Assembly (NCBI RefSeq): GCF_001194135.2
Contig: NC_068987.1
Location: 38,246,131-38,310,130, forward strand
Direction: 5' to 3'
Source: Octopus bimaculoides
Taxonomy: Eukaryota
Length of the DNA: 64,000 nucleotides
In this document: positions 24,155 through 36,946 of the stretch, in pieces
Position numbering within the stretch: position 1 is the first letter of the stretch
How the letters are laid out: each line of letters opens with the position of its first letter
Position numbers and translations under genes: made by a program
Notes under the pieces: generated by a model
Seen by the model: the letters and a program-made list of their open reading frames with translations, nothing else
What the model was told of the DNA's origin: nothing
Database searches by the model: none

Positions 24155-24495
24155 TGTAATTCTTCACTAATATTTATCCTGCTCATGATTTTATGTGTAT
24201 TTTTAGTCTTTGTATTTTATCATTTTAATGTTTTTTTTTTAAATAGAATTGTATATTAAAAAAATGTATTTCAGCAAAATTATTTAACTTTGTTGGTTTT
24301 GACATTCTAATTTGTAAAATGTGAAGAAAAAATATCTTAAAATCATATCAAGTTTGCAGTTTAAAAACTATTTGAATGAAATATACAGAAATTAATTTTA
24401 AATTGGAATATGATGAAACATATATATAAAAAAAAAAGAATTTATAAATTATTTAAAACTATTATTCATATAATTTATAGCGTTTTCTTATGCAG

Positions 24496-24537
<42 letters not shown>

Positions 24538-24579
24538 TATTATTGTTGTTGTTGTTATTATTGTAACCACTACTACTAT

Positions 24580-24820
24580 TAGGGTGGTGAGCTGGCAGAA
24601 TCATTAGCATGCAGGACAGAATGCTTAGTAGCATTTCTTCCGGCTTTATATTCTGCGTTCAAATGCTGCTGAGGTCAACTTTACCTTTCATCCTTTCAGA
24701 GTTGATAAAATAAGTATCTGTCAAGCACTGAGGTTGATAATATCAACTTGTGCTTTCCCCTAAAATTGCTGACCTCATGTCAAAATTTGAAGCCATTATT
24801 TTTATTATTATTAGTAGTAG
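24580..24820 (+). mobile_element. Nin-type SINE
   Basis: GGTGAGCTGGCAGAATCATTAGCA head, central domain and ATT tail; preceded by trinucleotide repeats. Confidence 0.85.
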
Positions 24821-26029
24821 TAGTAGTATTCTTTATTAAAACATTGAATTACTATACCTATTATACTAAACGATTGGAAACTTTTACTATATTACATTTC
24901 CTATTTATTTCTACAAAAACAACTCACAAGTGTTGCTATTGTTAAAGTGAATAATTTGTTTTAAAATTCATGTGCTGTAGTGGGATCTGTTGTAAATCGA
25001 TTGCTCTATACAAGACAAAGTATTCAACTTTCATCTGATCATTAAACAGTCATTTACTCAGTTACAGTTTTATTTCCTGATTTTCAGTTCATATTTTTGC
25101 AGTTCTATCTCTTGACCACAACAGACAGTTGTAAACCATGAGATTCATACATATATTTCATACTTGATTTTTGATATATTTTTCAAAAATAATTTATTCC
25201 TTGTGCAGTCCCCCTGAAAATGCACTTTATAGTAATTTTTTTTTTCCACTTGTTTTAACTTTTTCTGCTGGCTTTAATGATATTTAAAAGGTTTAGAAAG
25301 AGCAAGGTATCTTATCTTCCTAAATATTTTTCATTTTATTTATCCTATTTCAACATGTATTAGCTGTGTTAATTGTAATTTGAGGGTTATATATATCTAT
25401 TAAGTATGGAACTGTTATAGAGTGGTTGACTATAGATAATTGCTAATGTTTTGAAACAGCCATTTTTATCATTTGTGATGATCAGCTTTCTCATTAATAG
25501 AAGTTTGTACCTATATTCAATGATATAAGAAACTTTGAATGATTGATAATGTTTAAAATATCAGAATTTCTCTGTGTGTCTGTGTGCACACATGTGCATG
25601 TGCACACGTGCATGCATGCATGTGTATGTGCGTTTCATCTACTCGTAAACTTTACAAAAATTTTCTAACAAATTGCAGATAGAAAATACATAGTCAAAAT
25701 TTCTAAACTAAAAGGGAAAATAACAAAAATTAATAATTTTTTAAAGTTGATGAAAGTTAAAGTTAGAATATCCAAATTCTCATTAAAGAATTTCTAATGA
25801 TTTCGTGATCTGCTTCATCTCAAATAAATTTTCAAACATTTTTCTTAAAATTAATTCTACCTATTTTCATTTTTTTTAATATATATATGTATCGTTTGCT
25901 AAAGATATAAAAATGTTTCAGATTATCCAAATTTGCTTATCATATTTTGGTACAGTAATTAAAATACACTCATTGTAACTCACTAATAAAAGTATATTCA
26001 ACAGATATATTAGTTACACTCATTAAGGC

Positions 26030-26170
26030 ATACTCATTAAGGTACACTCATTAGATATACTCATTAAAGTACATTCATTTAGAAACACTTATTGAGGTGC
26101 ACTTATGCAGTATATGCTAGTTTAGTGTACATTCACTTAGGTACACCCATTGGGGTACATTTATTAAGTG
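26030..26170. repeat. Degenerate ~14-bp minisatellite (GTACACTCATTAAG)
   Basis: About 9-10 imperfect tandem units. Confidence 0.75.
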
Positions 26171-27191
26171 TAGCTTCAAATTACAAGAAAATGCGTTGAA
26201 TACATTTGTTATGAAGCACTTAAAAACAATTAGATTAATTAAAATTAGATAAAGTAAATTTGAAAACTTGATTTTATTAACAACTTTAAACTTCTCAATA
26301 AATATGGTATCCTAAATTTTCAGTTTAATTGTAATTTAATTAATAAATCTAATGTTAAATAGCAGCACACTTAAGTTGGTAGACTGTACCAGTTGACTTC
26401 TTGCACTTGTAATATCTTTTCATATAGTGAAGGCCCAACTGTAGATAATTTGTTGATAGGAGGACAATTAACAGTTCATATTGCCAAGAATATTACTGAT
26501 GCAAATTCAAAGACATTGTCTTCAATAATGCAACAGTGCTATTAATAAACACATGACCAAGGTGATAAACTAGGAATACTGTTACAGGTGCTGCACTACT
26601 ATCACAGGTATTGTAATGCTGTCCCTTGCAATGGTACATGACTATCAAATGGCTTAGTCCACTTTATTGAAAAGGCATTTTATAGGCTAATATTTGTCAT
26701 CATTAGATGTAGCATGTTTTATTAGCTTGCAATACTGAATTCAAATGCTCCTATTACTCTTACTTAGATATATATGATAACTCTCTCTCTCTCTCTCTGC
26801 TCAAAATATATCACTTCAGTTCAAAGTTTGCCTATGACATAACATGCTGTTGGACCCATTGGCATTGATTTGAAATTGAATACCTCTTAAATGGGTATAT
26901 TTCAATTGCTATGGTTGTTAGTTAAACCTATTTAAAGGCTAACATTTTTTTAGCCTTATTGAGACTATGTATTTATACTGTGATGTTCCAAGCAATGTTT
27001 CATGGATGTCATATAAAAGTTAATTTTACAGGGGAAGATGATAAGTATTGTTGGTGACATCTTGTTTCATGTTGTTAATGTTTGATAGATTTACTGAATG
27101 GGTGGCAAATAAGGTTACTTGATATAGTTTCTCATATTCCTAGCTTCCACTACAATACACACTATCATTTTTATTCATTTATGTACTTTAG

Positions 27192-27201
27192 AGTTGAGAA
27201 G
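27192..27201 (+). other. Candidate 10-nt microexon AGTTGAGAAG
   Basis: T-rich acceptor TTTTATTCATTTATGTACTTTAG and donor AAG|GTAAGA. Frame-compatible with the 23962-24008 candidate (adds RVEK). Confidence 0.25.
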
Positions 27202-28274
27202 GTAAGATAGCAGTATGGCTAATGTATTGAACAACCTGATCATAAATCATGAGGTCAGATCTTCTGTAGGCTTTTACATTTCTGCAGTTTACATATCTGT
27301 TAGAAATAGCTACATGATTATCTAGGATAGCTCCCTATAAGAAAGGGATTTATGCCCTTCCTAATAAGAGCCTCACCTACTTAACCCCATGATATTGGAA
27401 CCAAATACCACTTCTTAATAAAAAAATTTTTTAATCCCTAATTTTTCTGCTTTTACTGTTTTAGTAAGATTAATTATGTTGCAATCACACATTCTCCTTT
27501 CAACTGGGTCTGGAAATTTTTTACCTCCTTTTGTCTGGTTCAAATAATCTCTGTTGTCAATCCTTTTCCACTGTTTGATGAACCATCACCAACAACACCA
27601 CTATTATAAAGATAAACCTTTAGTATTGTTGTTTACCTAATTTTGTTTTTGTATCACATTTGGTACACAATAGTACCATCAGATACAAGTTTCTAATGGA
27701 CCAATCACTGGTTCACAGCATTTCTGACAGCAACAGTGATAAGGGAGTGTTTGTGACTTAGTGCAGAACAAATATTGCAAAAGACATACACACACTCATA
27801 TAAAATGCTCCTACATAATTTTTACAAATTCCTGTGAGTGAAATATGGTAGACATATTTTGGAACCACATGGCTGTAAAGCAAAACCTTTTAACTGCGTA
27901 GCTATAACTGCTTAGGTTAGGTAGATTATTAATCCAGTAAACAAAAAATGTTTTGCTAGTCTTTTTGTTATAAAAATCTGAATGTTGTATGCACTATCTC
28001 TGATGTAGAGAGTTTACTTTAAACATGTTTCTTTTTCATATGTGAACACACATCTATGAGTTTCTCAAACCTTTGTTTCCATGTTTCTGACTAAGGTTGT
28101 TGGACAGGTGCAGGTTAGATTTTGGCTGATAAAAGTTTGGTAGGAAAAGCTGGGTAAATAGAGAGTACCAGAGAGTTATAGTTCTTGTTTGGAAAGATTG
28201 TCCAGTTCATTGCCTGAAGGTTAAGATATATTGAAAAGGATGGTGGTTTGCTATCATTGTAGTTGTAGCAGAAG

Positions 28275-28277
<3 letters not shown>

Positions 28278-28349
<72 letters not shown>
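28278..28349. repeat. (GA)n microsatellite
   Basis: Pure GA run. Confidence 0.95.
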
Positions 28350-28353
<4 letters not shown>

Positions 28354-29399
28354 GAACATCATTGGGCTAGTGGCTCTAGTGCGCTGTATGAAGCTTTACT
28401 TATTTGCTATATTGAAAATGTTTGTATGTTTGCCACCTGTATTGACCCATATGTGTGAGCAATATTGTGTGCTGCACATAATTACCATGTATAAGATCAA
28501 TAACTGCTCAAACCTGAAATAACAAACTAACTCCAAACAAGATACCCAGATTTTGGAATGTATCCCACTCACCACTCCTTAATAGACAATACAACATTAT
28601 ATATCCTAAAACAGGTAACACATATATGATTATCTTTGATATTTTTAAAATTTTAAGATATTAAACACATTGTTAATTATCTCAGAAAACTTTTTCATAA
28701 AGTATGTATGAAAACTAGATATAGCATTCTATGGTATTGTTGCAAATGTTAAATGAATGCAATTGACATTGCATATTTGGAGAACATTAGCAAAGTTTTA
28801 CAACACCAAAGTTTCTTTCGTTTTCTGTTTTTTTTTTTGTTTTTTTTTTTATGAAGATAATCGATTCTGCTTCCCGTCCTATGATTCTATGATTTCATTG
28901 ATTGACTAGGAATAATAGCTATATAATAAATTATGTACAGCTTGGGAATTAACTCTTATTTATATCAAGTGAGTTCCCCATGTAAACTTGGCACAATCAT
29001 TATTTCCTGCTACTCTACAGTGCTTGAAAAGTTTTCTCATTTTCATTCATAAAGTTTCATAGCCATATGAGTAACATTCATGACTACAAACTTGGCGGTC
29101 ACATTTTCTAATTTGCTCTATGTACTTATTTAGTCCCAAGTCCTGAACTAGCAGACCTTAGATCAAAGACATTCCAGCCATGACCATCCCATCTTTTTCA
29201 GATATAATATGTATAAGATTATATTTTTCCACGATTTCTATTTTTGTTTTTTATATGATATGAAGTAGATTTGGCTGCTGTTTTTAACAGATGGAATGAC
29301 ACAGAGTGACTCCATTGCTGTGATTCTAGCAGGACTGTTAATGATAGTTTATCTTTGCTCATCTAAGTGTTGAGAATATTCGTAAATTTTCTTGTATGA

Positions 29400-29640
29400 T
29401 GCACTATCTTACTATTCTGTGACACACTACCTGTCTTATTCTGTAACACACTACCTTACTATTTTGTGACACTCTGTCTTATTCTGTGATACGATACCAT
29501 ACTATTCTATGATATACTCTTTCATTATTCTTTAAAACACTACCTTACTTTTCTATGATATACTCTCATCATTCTGTGACACACTACTTTATTATTCTGT
29601 AACACAATACCTTAACATCCCTGTGATACACTACTCTACT
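29400..29640. repeat. Degenerate ~23-bp minisatellite (CACTACCTTACTATTCTGTGACA)
   Basis: About 10 adjacent imperfect units with no spacers. Confidence 0.8.
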
Positions 29641-30254
29641 AGTTTATGTTACAAATTTTAATTCTGAGGATACTGTTTCTGTAAAATCATGTGATCAATG
29701 GATACTAATTCTGTGTATACTGGTTCTGTGGATATATATTCAAAGCTAATTATCTTATAACTAATGCCTTTTCTTTTACAAAATATCTTTTGAGATTTGA
29801 TACAATTTAATGGCAATAATGTATTGGGACTCTTTATGTAGTCTTGAAAGTAATAAATATTCAATGTTACATCTTTTTCCTAATTGTTATTCTTATCTAT
29901 AGCTCTTCATGGACTAATTGTACATGATTTCCAGAAAATAACTAGGGAGCATATTTGGTTTCAGAAGACATATTTTATATTATATTGATTTCTTTACTTT
30001 TATGCTTGCTCTTCATTTGAATTAGTTTAACCATGGAATCTATATTTTCCAACTTAGCTGCTTAAATATGCATAAGAGGCAACCTGATTTGTCAAGGTTG
30101 ATATATTTCCCAACACATGGGAATATATATACTTTTGCTGATATGTAATGTATTTCTTTACAAAACTTTGTATAGATAATTTTATCCAAAAATTCTTGAC
30201 TGACAACATATATCATCTCCTATCTGGCTTGTTCTTTAGATTTATTATCGATAT

Positions 30255-30640
30255 AGATGCAGGCATGGCTGACAGGTAAGAAGTTTGCTTTCCATCTGCA
30301 TGGCTCTGGGTTCAATCCCACCACATGGCACTTTGGGCATCTTCTACTATATCTTCAAGTTGACCAAAGCCTTGTGAGTGGACTTGGTAGACAGAAACTG
30401 AAAGAAGCCTGCCATGTGTGTGTGTGTCTTTGTGTATGTGTTTATCCCCCACCACCTCTTGACAACCGATGTTGATGTGTTTACATCCCCATAACTTGTT
30501 TGGCAAAAGGGACTGATGGAATAAGTACCAGGCTTTACAGAAGAAAAATAAGTATTGAGTTGATAAGTTCAACTGAAATTCTTCAAGGCAGTGCCCCAGC
30601 ATGGCTACAGTCTAATGTGGGAGACAAGTAAAAGATAAAA
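30255..30640 (+). mobile_element. SINE (second family)
   Basis: Full head-to-tail motif set. Confidence 0.85.
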
Positions 30641-31549
30641 GATATATTTCTGTTTTGATCTTGTTTGTTAGCCCCAGGTCAACTCTGTTCATGTAATAGT
30701 AATACTGTGAACAAAGACCTTCCCACTGTGACCATCTGTGTTTTTCTATATGCAGCCAACCCCAGACAAAGTTATTTAGTGTGTCCTTCTTTAAGTTGAT
30801 AGAGAGATTTGCTCTTGCTTCTAACAGATCAAATAGCCATATAGAGGCTCCCCTGCTGACTCACTTTGAAACTGTGTATTCTACATGTGCTGGTGAGTGA
30901 TGAAAACAATATCTAGGTTAATAGAATGTTGGACTATCAGCCACAATAGTGATGGTTCCTATCCACTTGCTGTGTCTGTCCTGCACTCATAGCCAATTCA
31001 TTTAATCCATTGTCTGGCATCTTGGACATAGCCCCCCCCCCCCACCAGTGCTCCATGAGTAAAAAGAAGCCTTTCATAGATGTGTGTGTGTGTGGAAGGG
31101 GTATCTGTGTGTATCTGTCTGTCTGTCAGTGTGTCTTTCTATGGTGTCTGTCTTTATGATAACACTCCTTAAAAGTACAATATTTTCTGTTTATGTCCCA
31201 TAATTTGTTTGTGGTAAGGAATCTTATATCCTGCAGAGTACAATGCAATCTTACTAGTGCCGCTACCACAATAAATTCACTTAATACATTCAATAACATG
31301 GTTCGAGAATTGTGGAAACAGTGTAGTAACAGAAGGCTTCCATGGGGGAAACATTTCCTGTGTACTCATGTACACATGTCTGTATGTGACGTGTGTGTGT
31401 GTATACAAGTACATGTATTCATTTGACTCAAATGAATACCCATATTTGTATATTCATTGGACTGCATAGTCAGATGACTGAAACAAGTAAAAGCTTTTCA
31501 GGCTAAATTTGATAGTTTGCATAAAAGAAAAAAAAGAAAAAGACAATAT

Positions 31550-32050
31550 CTCATCAAAAAATAAAAAAATATCAACAAGATTATGGCTGGGCAATAACAG
31601 TTTACTCAGAGTAACCAGCCTCAGCTTCCACCATGGCCTCAAGATTACTTTTTCCAGAGGTATGGCAAGGAGCTGAATCTTGCCACACATATAGCAACCC
31701 TCTCCAGCCAGGATTTGACCACAGTCTCTAGCAGCTTCACATAGCCATCTCAACTGGGCCTAAGGTCCTGTTCATCAGTTGTTGGATGAATTCTGGTGTG
31801 CAAACACAGTCAGTAGGCTTGTTGCATTCCTTCACATTGGTCATAGCTTCCTAGTCTCCATTGCAGCTGTCCATTTCATGTCTTACAGCCTTTACAATGT
31901 TCACAGAGCATTGAGCAGCTGTCATAATGTCAACATTTTGATACTTGGTATGAATCCTCATGATACAGGTAACTTTTTTCCAATATTCAGATGAATTCCA
32001 GTCCTCTATGTCAGCTAACTTTTTTTTAACTACAGCTTTAATCTTCATGC
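31550..32050 (-). mobile_element. Second DD37D (maT) remnant, internally deleted
   Basis: Homologous to 12340-13000 (VKLLETVVKSWLERVAICVWQDSAPCHTS-like); lacks the WPPNSP block. Confidence 0.75.
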
Positions 32051-32639
32051 TCTCTAGTGCTATTGACTGTTCACCTAACCATTAAGCTATTCCTCAAAAA
32101 TGGAGACATAGATAATCATCAAACTTAACCCAAGCACCCAGTATGTGAATGAAGTCTGATAAAAAAGTATCGAGACTGTTGCTATAGTAATGGAGCTAAA
32201 GTACACAGCATGAAGCTGCTTAGCACCGATTGACCTTCAACTCTGTCACACATGTTCACTAAGTTATAAAGATCTCACTGACTTCCATGATTTTTTATCA
32301 GGGCTTGGAAATAAAGTATGTAGAGTGTAGCCATCTCAAAAAAGATTGGGCTTCAACTGCACAGGATCTCCTTGATTGTGTTGAGGAAGACAAAAACTTC
32401 TTAAAAACTGTTATAACAGGTGATAGATCATAGGTCTAATGCTCTGATCCTGAAAACAAGGCTCGGTCTTCACAGTGGAAGACCCCAGCAAGATTTCAAG
32501 ACATCAAAGAAATCCAAGAGAATGCAACAAGGCAGTTGCTTCCTATCTTCACTTTTTTCTCCATTGTTAGAAGACAAAAATCAATCATCTTTAATTTTAA
32601 TTTTTAAATGAGTTTAGACCAATGAATTTTATAATCTTG

Positions 32640-33200
32640 AGTTACATTATCCTGAGGAGTCCAGGTAGTAATCATTGGGAAAGCCGCTCCTTGGGTTGGC
32701 TACCACCTCATTGGTTTCACAATGGTCTTCCATTGGGCATTTGTTGTAGTCTCTGCATGAGCATCCAACCTCCACTTGTGGCTTAGGGCTGTTTGTTGAC
32801 AAGAATGATCTTACTATTGGGGCCGCAGCTAAAAGAGACCCTTAAGTTGTATCTGGTGAAAATGCATCCATACCTATGTGAACATGTGAAGTGTTTATCT
32901 ACTAGCCTAAGGAATATCCTACCTACACTCATTTTTACATTGAGAGAAAGAGTGGAGGAAAATAATATTTCTGCAGCACTTCTTTCTGCGGGTGTCAGGG
33001 CCCAGCATGTAGATGTGGTTCCTAAACCCACTAGGTGCCTCCCTCAATCCGGGGAACATCCTTCACTCCAGGACAGAGGTCTTTGGACACTGCTTGCACT
33101 TCAGGAAATTCCTGCTAGCATGGTCAATGAACAGCTGTCAAAGGGAGACAATCCCTTATTGTTGACAGTAAGGTTTTAGGGTCTGAAGAAATGCTGTAAA
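32640..33200 (-). mobile_element. Penelope-like element remnant (RT C-terminus and linker)
   Basis: LNVKMSVGRIFLRLVDKHF..IFTRYNLRVSFSCGPN..CSCRDYNKCPMEDHC matches the PLE linker (NVKTNIGK.FL.LVDKHF..NLKVSYSCMPN..CNCR..CPL.G.C). Confidence 0.75.
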
Positions 33201-33259
33201 GCTAAGCGCTTTATGCATATGAAACTCAGGATAACCCTATAGATTAGCCATATCTATCT

Positions 33260-33267
33260 TTATTTAT

Positions 33268-33311
<44 letters not shown>

Positions 33312-33472
33312 ATGTACACGTGTGTGTATGAATGTATGTGTATGTATGTATATGTGTGTGAATGTATGTATGTGTATGTGTGTGTACATGTGTATGTATG
33401 TGTATATGTATATATGTGTGTACATGTGTTTGTATATGTATATGTGTGTACATATGTATGTATGTGTGTATG

Positions 33473-33507
<35 letters not shown>

Positions 33508-33556
33508 ATACATTTGTGTACATGTGTGTGTGTGTGTGTGTGTGTATGTATATATA
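33260..33556. repeat. Compound (TA)/(TG) microsatellite
   Basis: Dinucleotide mosaic flanking the DD41D element. Confidence 0.95.
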
Positions 33557-34411
33557 CAGGGTGATTGAAAAGTAACTCCCTATTTTAAAATACTTACAAT
33601 TTCTAGAAAAGATGAATATGTGAAGAAAGCAGATAACATGGAGTTTTATTTAAAATTCAATTTAGGCACCAGCATTCACCACCAACTTCTCAAGCCACCT
33701 GGGAACAGCATCAACTGATTTCATCAAGGACTCTTGTGGGATGAAAGACATAACTTCTTGTATTTGCCCTTCGAGTTCTTCCAAAGTCATTGGTTTGATA
33801 GAGTTGACTTGCTCCTGTAAACAACCCCAAAGAAAAAAGTTGCAGGGTGTTAAATCCAGGGCTTCTAGCTGGCCAATCATGTGGACTTCAATGACCCAGC
33901 CATCTCTTAGGGAAGTGGGCATTCAGTTATTCATGAACAACCATAGCAAAATGCAGAGGAGTGCCATCTTGCATAAAAATCAAATCTTCTGTATTCTCTG
34001 AAGTAATGATATCTGGCCAGATTTCATCTTGCAGCATGGTGATATACCTTTTAGCATTCATGGTATTGTAAAGGATGAAAGGACTCACAATCTTGTCATT
34101 CCTAGTCAAACCACACCATACCATTACCTTGGGCCAATTCTGCATTTTTTCAGAGGTAATAGAAAGATCTTCTTCTGCTCACTAGTGGCAGTTGTGCTGG
34201 GTCACAAACCCACCAATGTGGAAAACACATATTTTTAAAGAGATCAGACCATGTTTGTTGGGTTTCTAAATTTCAAACAAGATAATCGATCAGAAAAAAA
34301 AGCAGCAGCATAGAATCATTTCCCATACATTAAAGGATATACACAACAAAAAAATTGAGAAAAATAATTTATAAGTATTTTAATATACGGAGTTACTTTT
34401 CAATCCCCCTG
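33557..34411 (-). mobile_element. Internally deleted DD41D (rosa/VS-type) Tc1/mariner element with ~40-bp TIRs and TA TSD
   Basis: TIRs CAGGGTGATTGAAAAGTAACTCCCTATTTTAAAATACTTA and CAGGGGGATTGAAAAGTAACTCCGTATATTAAAATACTTA (3 mismatches), flanked by TA. KVMVWCG..QDG..(41 aa)..WPARSP-DLTPC(N)FFLWG with a frameshift and a stop. Confidence 0.92.
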
Positions 34412-34668
34412 TATATACACATATATGTGTGTGTGTGTGTGTATATGTGTGTGCATATGTGTATGTATATATACATGTGTGAGTGTATGAATATATGTGT
34501 GTGTATATGTGTATATATGTATATCTGTGTATATGTATATACATGTATGTGTATGTATGTTTATATGTATGTGTAAATGTATATATGTGTGTGTGTATGT
34601 AAGTATATATATATATGTATGTATGCATCTACGTGTGTATATGTGTGTGTGTGTGTGTATATATATAC

Positions 34669-34700
<32 letters not shown>

Positions 34701-35127
34701 ATCAGGGATGTGCCACCTAGGTAGGCAGTGCCTACCTTGAATTATGAAGGTTACTGATTACTAGGCATAAAATGCAAAATATTTTTTTTCTATATTGGGT
34801 AGGTATATTTATATATATGGATGTATGTATATATATATTTATATATATGTGTGTATATATGTATGCATATATACTTATATATAGATGCAGTAAGACCATT
34901 TCCAGCAGCTCCATATTTGTTAATATATATGGATGTATGTGTGTATACATATATATATTTATATATTTGTATCTTTGTATATATATATTTGTATGTATGT
35001 GTATATATATAGATGTTTATATATATATGTATGTGTGTATGTGTATATATATAGATGTTTATATATATATGTATGTGTGTATGTATATATATATATATTT
35101 ATATTTATGTATGTGTGTATATATACA
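34412..35127. repeat. Long compound (TA)/(TG) microsatellite block
   Basis: Dinucleotide mosaic interrupted by ~150 bp of non-repetitive sequence; it explains many CV/IY/HT ORFs. Confidence 0.9.
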
Positions 35128-36357
35128 CACACATGTTAGAAGTAAATGGACACCCTATAAAACATCGTTTCCTGTTTCTTTTGATTTGTAAAGGTTTATA
35201 TTTCTTATTAATTGACATTTTTATGTTTCAGATTCTATATGTGACTGTTCAATCATGCCATGTACAAAAGAGGCCTAGGAACTGTCTGAATTTCAAAGAG
35301 GCCGTATTGTGGGTCATTCTGAAGGTGGATATAGTCAGCATAAAATCGCAGAAAACCTTGGGATCCCACCTTCTATAGTTAATAGTGGTTGTGCAATTCA
35401 CCAGAGAGGGGAGGGACTCCACATCACCTTGCCCAGATAACCAGGGCCCTCTGACTGGACCTTTATCTTTGCTAAGAGAAGTGTGGAGGACAATCCTCAT
35501 TGTAAGATCTCTGACATAGCAGAGCAAGTTGATGTCAGTCCCAGAATAGCTGTCAGATATCTCCACAAATTTGGTAACTATGGCAGACCAAGAAGAAGGA
35601 AGCCACATCTTTGAGCAGCCAATAAGAAGTGGAGGAATGATTGAGCCAGTGAGATTGCGGCAAAGCCATTAGCATTTTGGGACACTGTCATAATCTCTGA
35701 GGAGTCCAGATTTGCTGTATTTCCTAACAGTGGTCTAGTGTGGGTCTGGAGACTCTGTGATCAAGAAATTGATGCCAAAAGATTGCAACCAGCAATGAAA
35801 CACAGCAACTATTCTGTGATGGTTTGGGGAACCATTTGGAGCAATGGTTGATCAGAGCTGGAGTGTGAGGGAAAGATGAACTCAAATATGTGTCCATATT
35901 GCAGAAAGGACAAGTTCCAAATTCTCCAATGGTGAAATGATTAAAGAAGGCTCTCTATTTATGGAAGATAGGACTCCTTGTCACACGGTTAAAATGACCC
36001 AAGATTTGTTGGAAAAGAAATCTTCCATACCTAAGCCAGTCACCAGATATGAACCCCATAGAATATCTCTGGGGCATAAACAACAGGACATTTCATAAAC
36101 AGAACAAGAAAGCATCTTTAAAGCCAGATCTTTTGAGATTATTGCATGAAACTTAGAAAGAAATTCTAAAAGAGAATTTTCACCATCTGATCAGTAACAT
36201 GCCTAATACGGCCCTTGCATTGAAAAATGCAAAAAGCAAGTCTACTAAATATTGAATGTTCACATTATAACAACTAACAAATAATTCGAATGTATAATTT
36301 CAGATTCAAATAAATTTTAATGATTATATGGGCGTCTATTTACTTCTTTCATGTCTG
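35128..36357 (+). mobile_element. Tc1-like transposon, decayed
   Basis: [58 protein letters not shown]. TIRs CACACATGTTAGAAGTAAATGGACACCC vs CAGACATGAAAGAAGTAAATAGACGCCC (23/28). Confidence 0.88.
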
Positions 36358-36528
36358 GGTTTATGTATGTAAGATATATGTGTAATTATATGTGCATATG
36401 TAAGTATATATACATATATATATGTATTCATATATATGTATACATGTATATGTATGTATAAATATATATATATGCATATATATGTATATATATATGCATA
36501 TATATGTATATATATATATATGTATCTA

Positions 36529-36569
<41 letters not shown>

Positions 36570-36811
36570 CTATATAAGCTGTAATTTTTTGTATAATTAT
36601 ATATTGTTAATATAACAATACATAAAAAAGGGCTAGAGTTGAAGTGCTCAGCATGAGCTAGAATTCACATTATAGTAAGAATGGATACATAAGGGTGGAA
36701 GACCACAGGAACAATACTGGATATCCAACGAAANNNNNNNNNNGGAAGACCACAGGAACAATACTGGATATCCAACGAAAGATTCAATATATGTGTGTGT
36801 GTGTGTGTGTG

Positions 36812-36886
36812 TTAGACACTCCCTTCATCAGGATGTTCGTTGTCCTCTTTCTGTACAACGAACATCCTGATGAAGGGAGTGTCTAA
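36812..36886. repeat. Perfect 32-bp inverted repeat with 11-nt loop
   Basis: TTAGACACTCCCTTCATCAGGATGTTCGTTGT (36812-36843) / ACAACGAACATCCTGATGAAGGGAGTGTCTAA (36855-36886). Confidence 0.97.
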
Positions 36887-36946
36887 TTTCTAATATGTGT
36901 ACTACACCATGTTAATAGACACATCTCAGAAACGGTCCATAGATGT
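36862..36946 (+). ncRNA. Degenerate type I hammerhead-like motif
   Basis: ACATC-CTGATGA-AGGGAGTGTCTA...TAGACACATCTCA-GAAAC-GGTCC-ATA-GATGT. Helix I is ACATC/GATGT; the GUA triplet appears mutated to AUA and the base of helix II is mismatched. Confidence 0.45.

Noticed and set aside
29400-29640. 23-bp array (and the 45-50-bp units at 58430-58670) as CRISPR-like
   Set aside because: Adjacent degenerate units without unique spacers, in a eukaryotic context with no cas genes.
33260-35191. Many ORFs of type (CV)n, (HT)n, (IY)n and (RE)n here and at 7.8, 16.3, 22.7 and 28.3 kb
   Set aside because: They are translations of stop-free dinucleotide microsatellites, not genes.
36696-36781. Exact ~38-bp direct repeat GGAAGACCACAGG...CCAACGAAA
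   Set aside because: The copies flank a 10-N gap, typical of an unmerged contig overlap.
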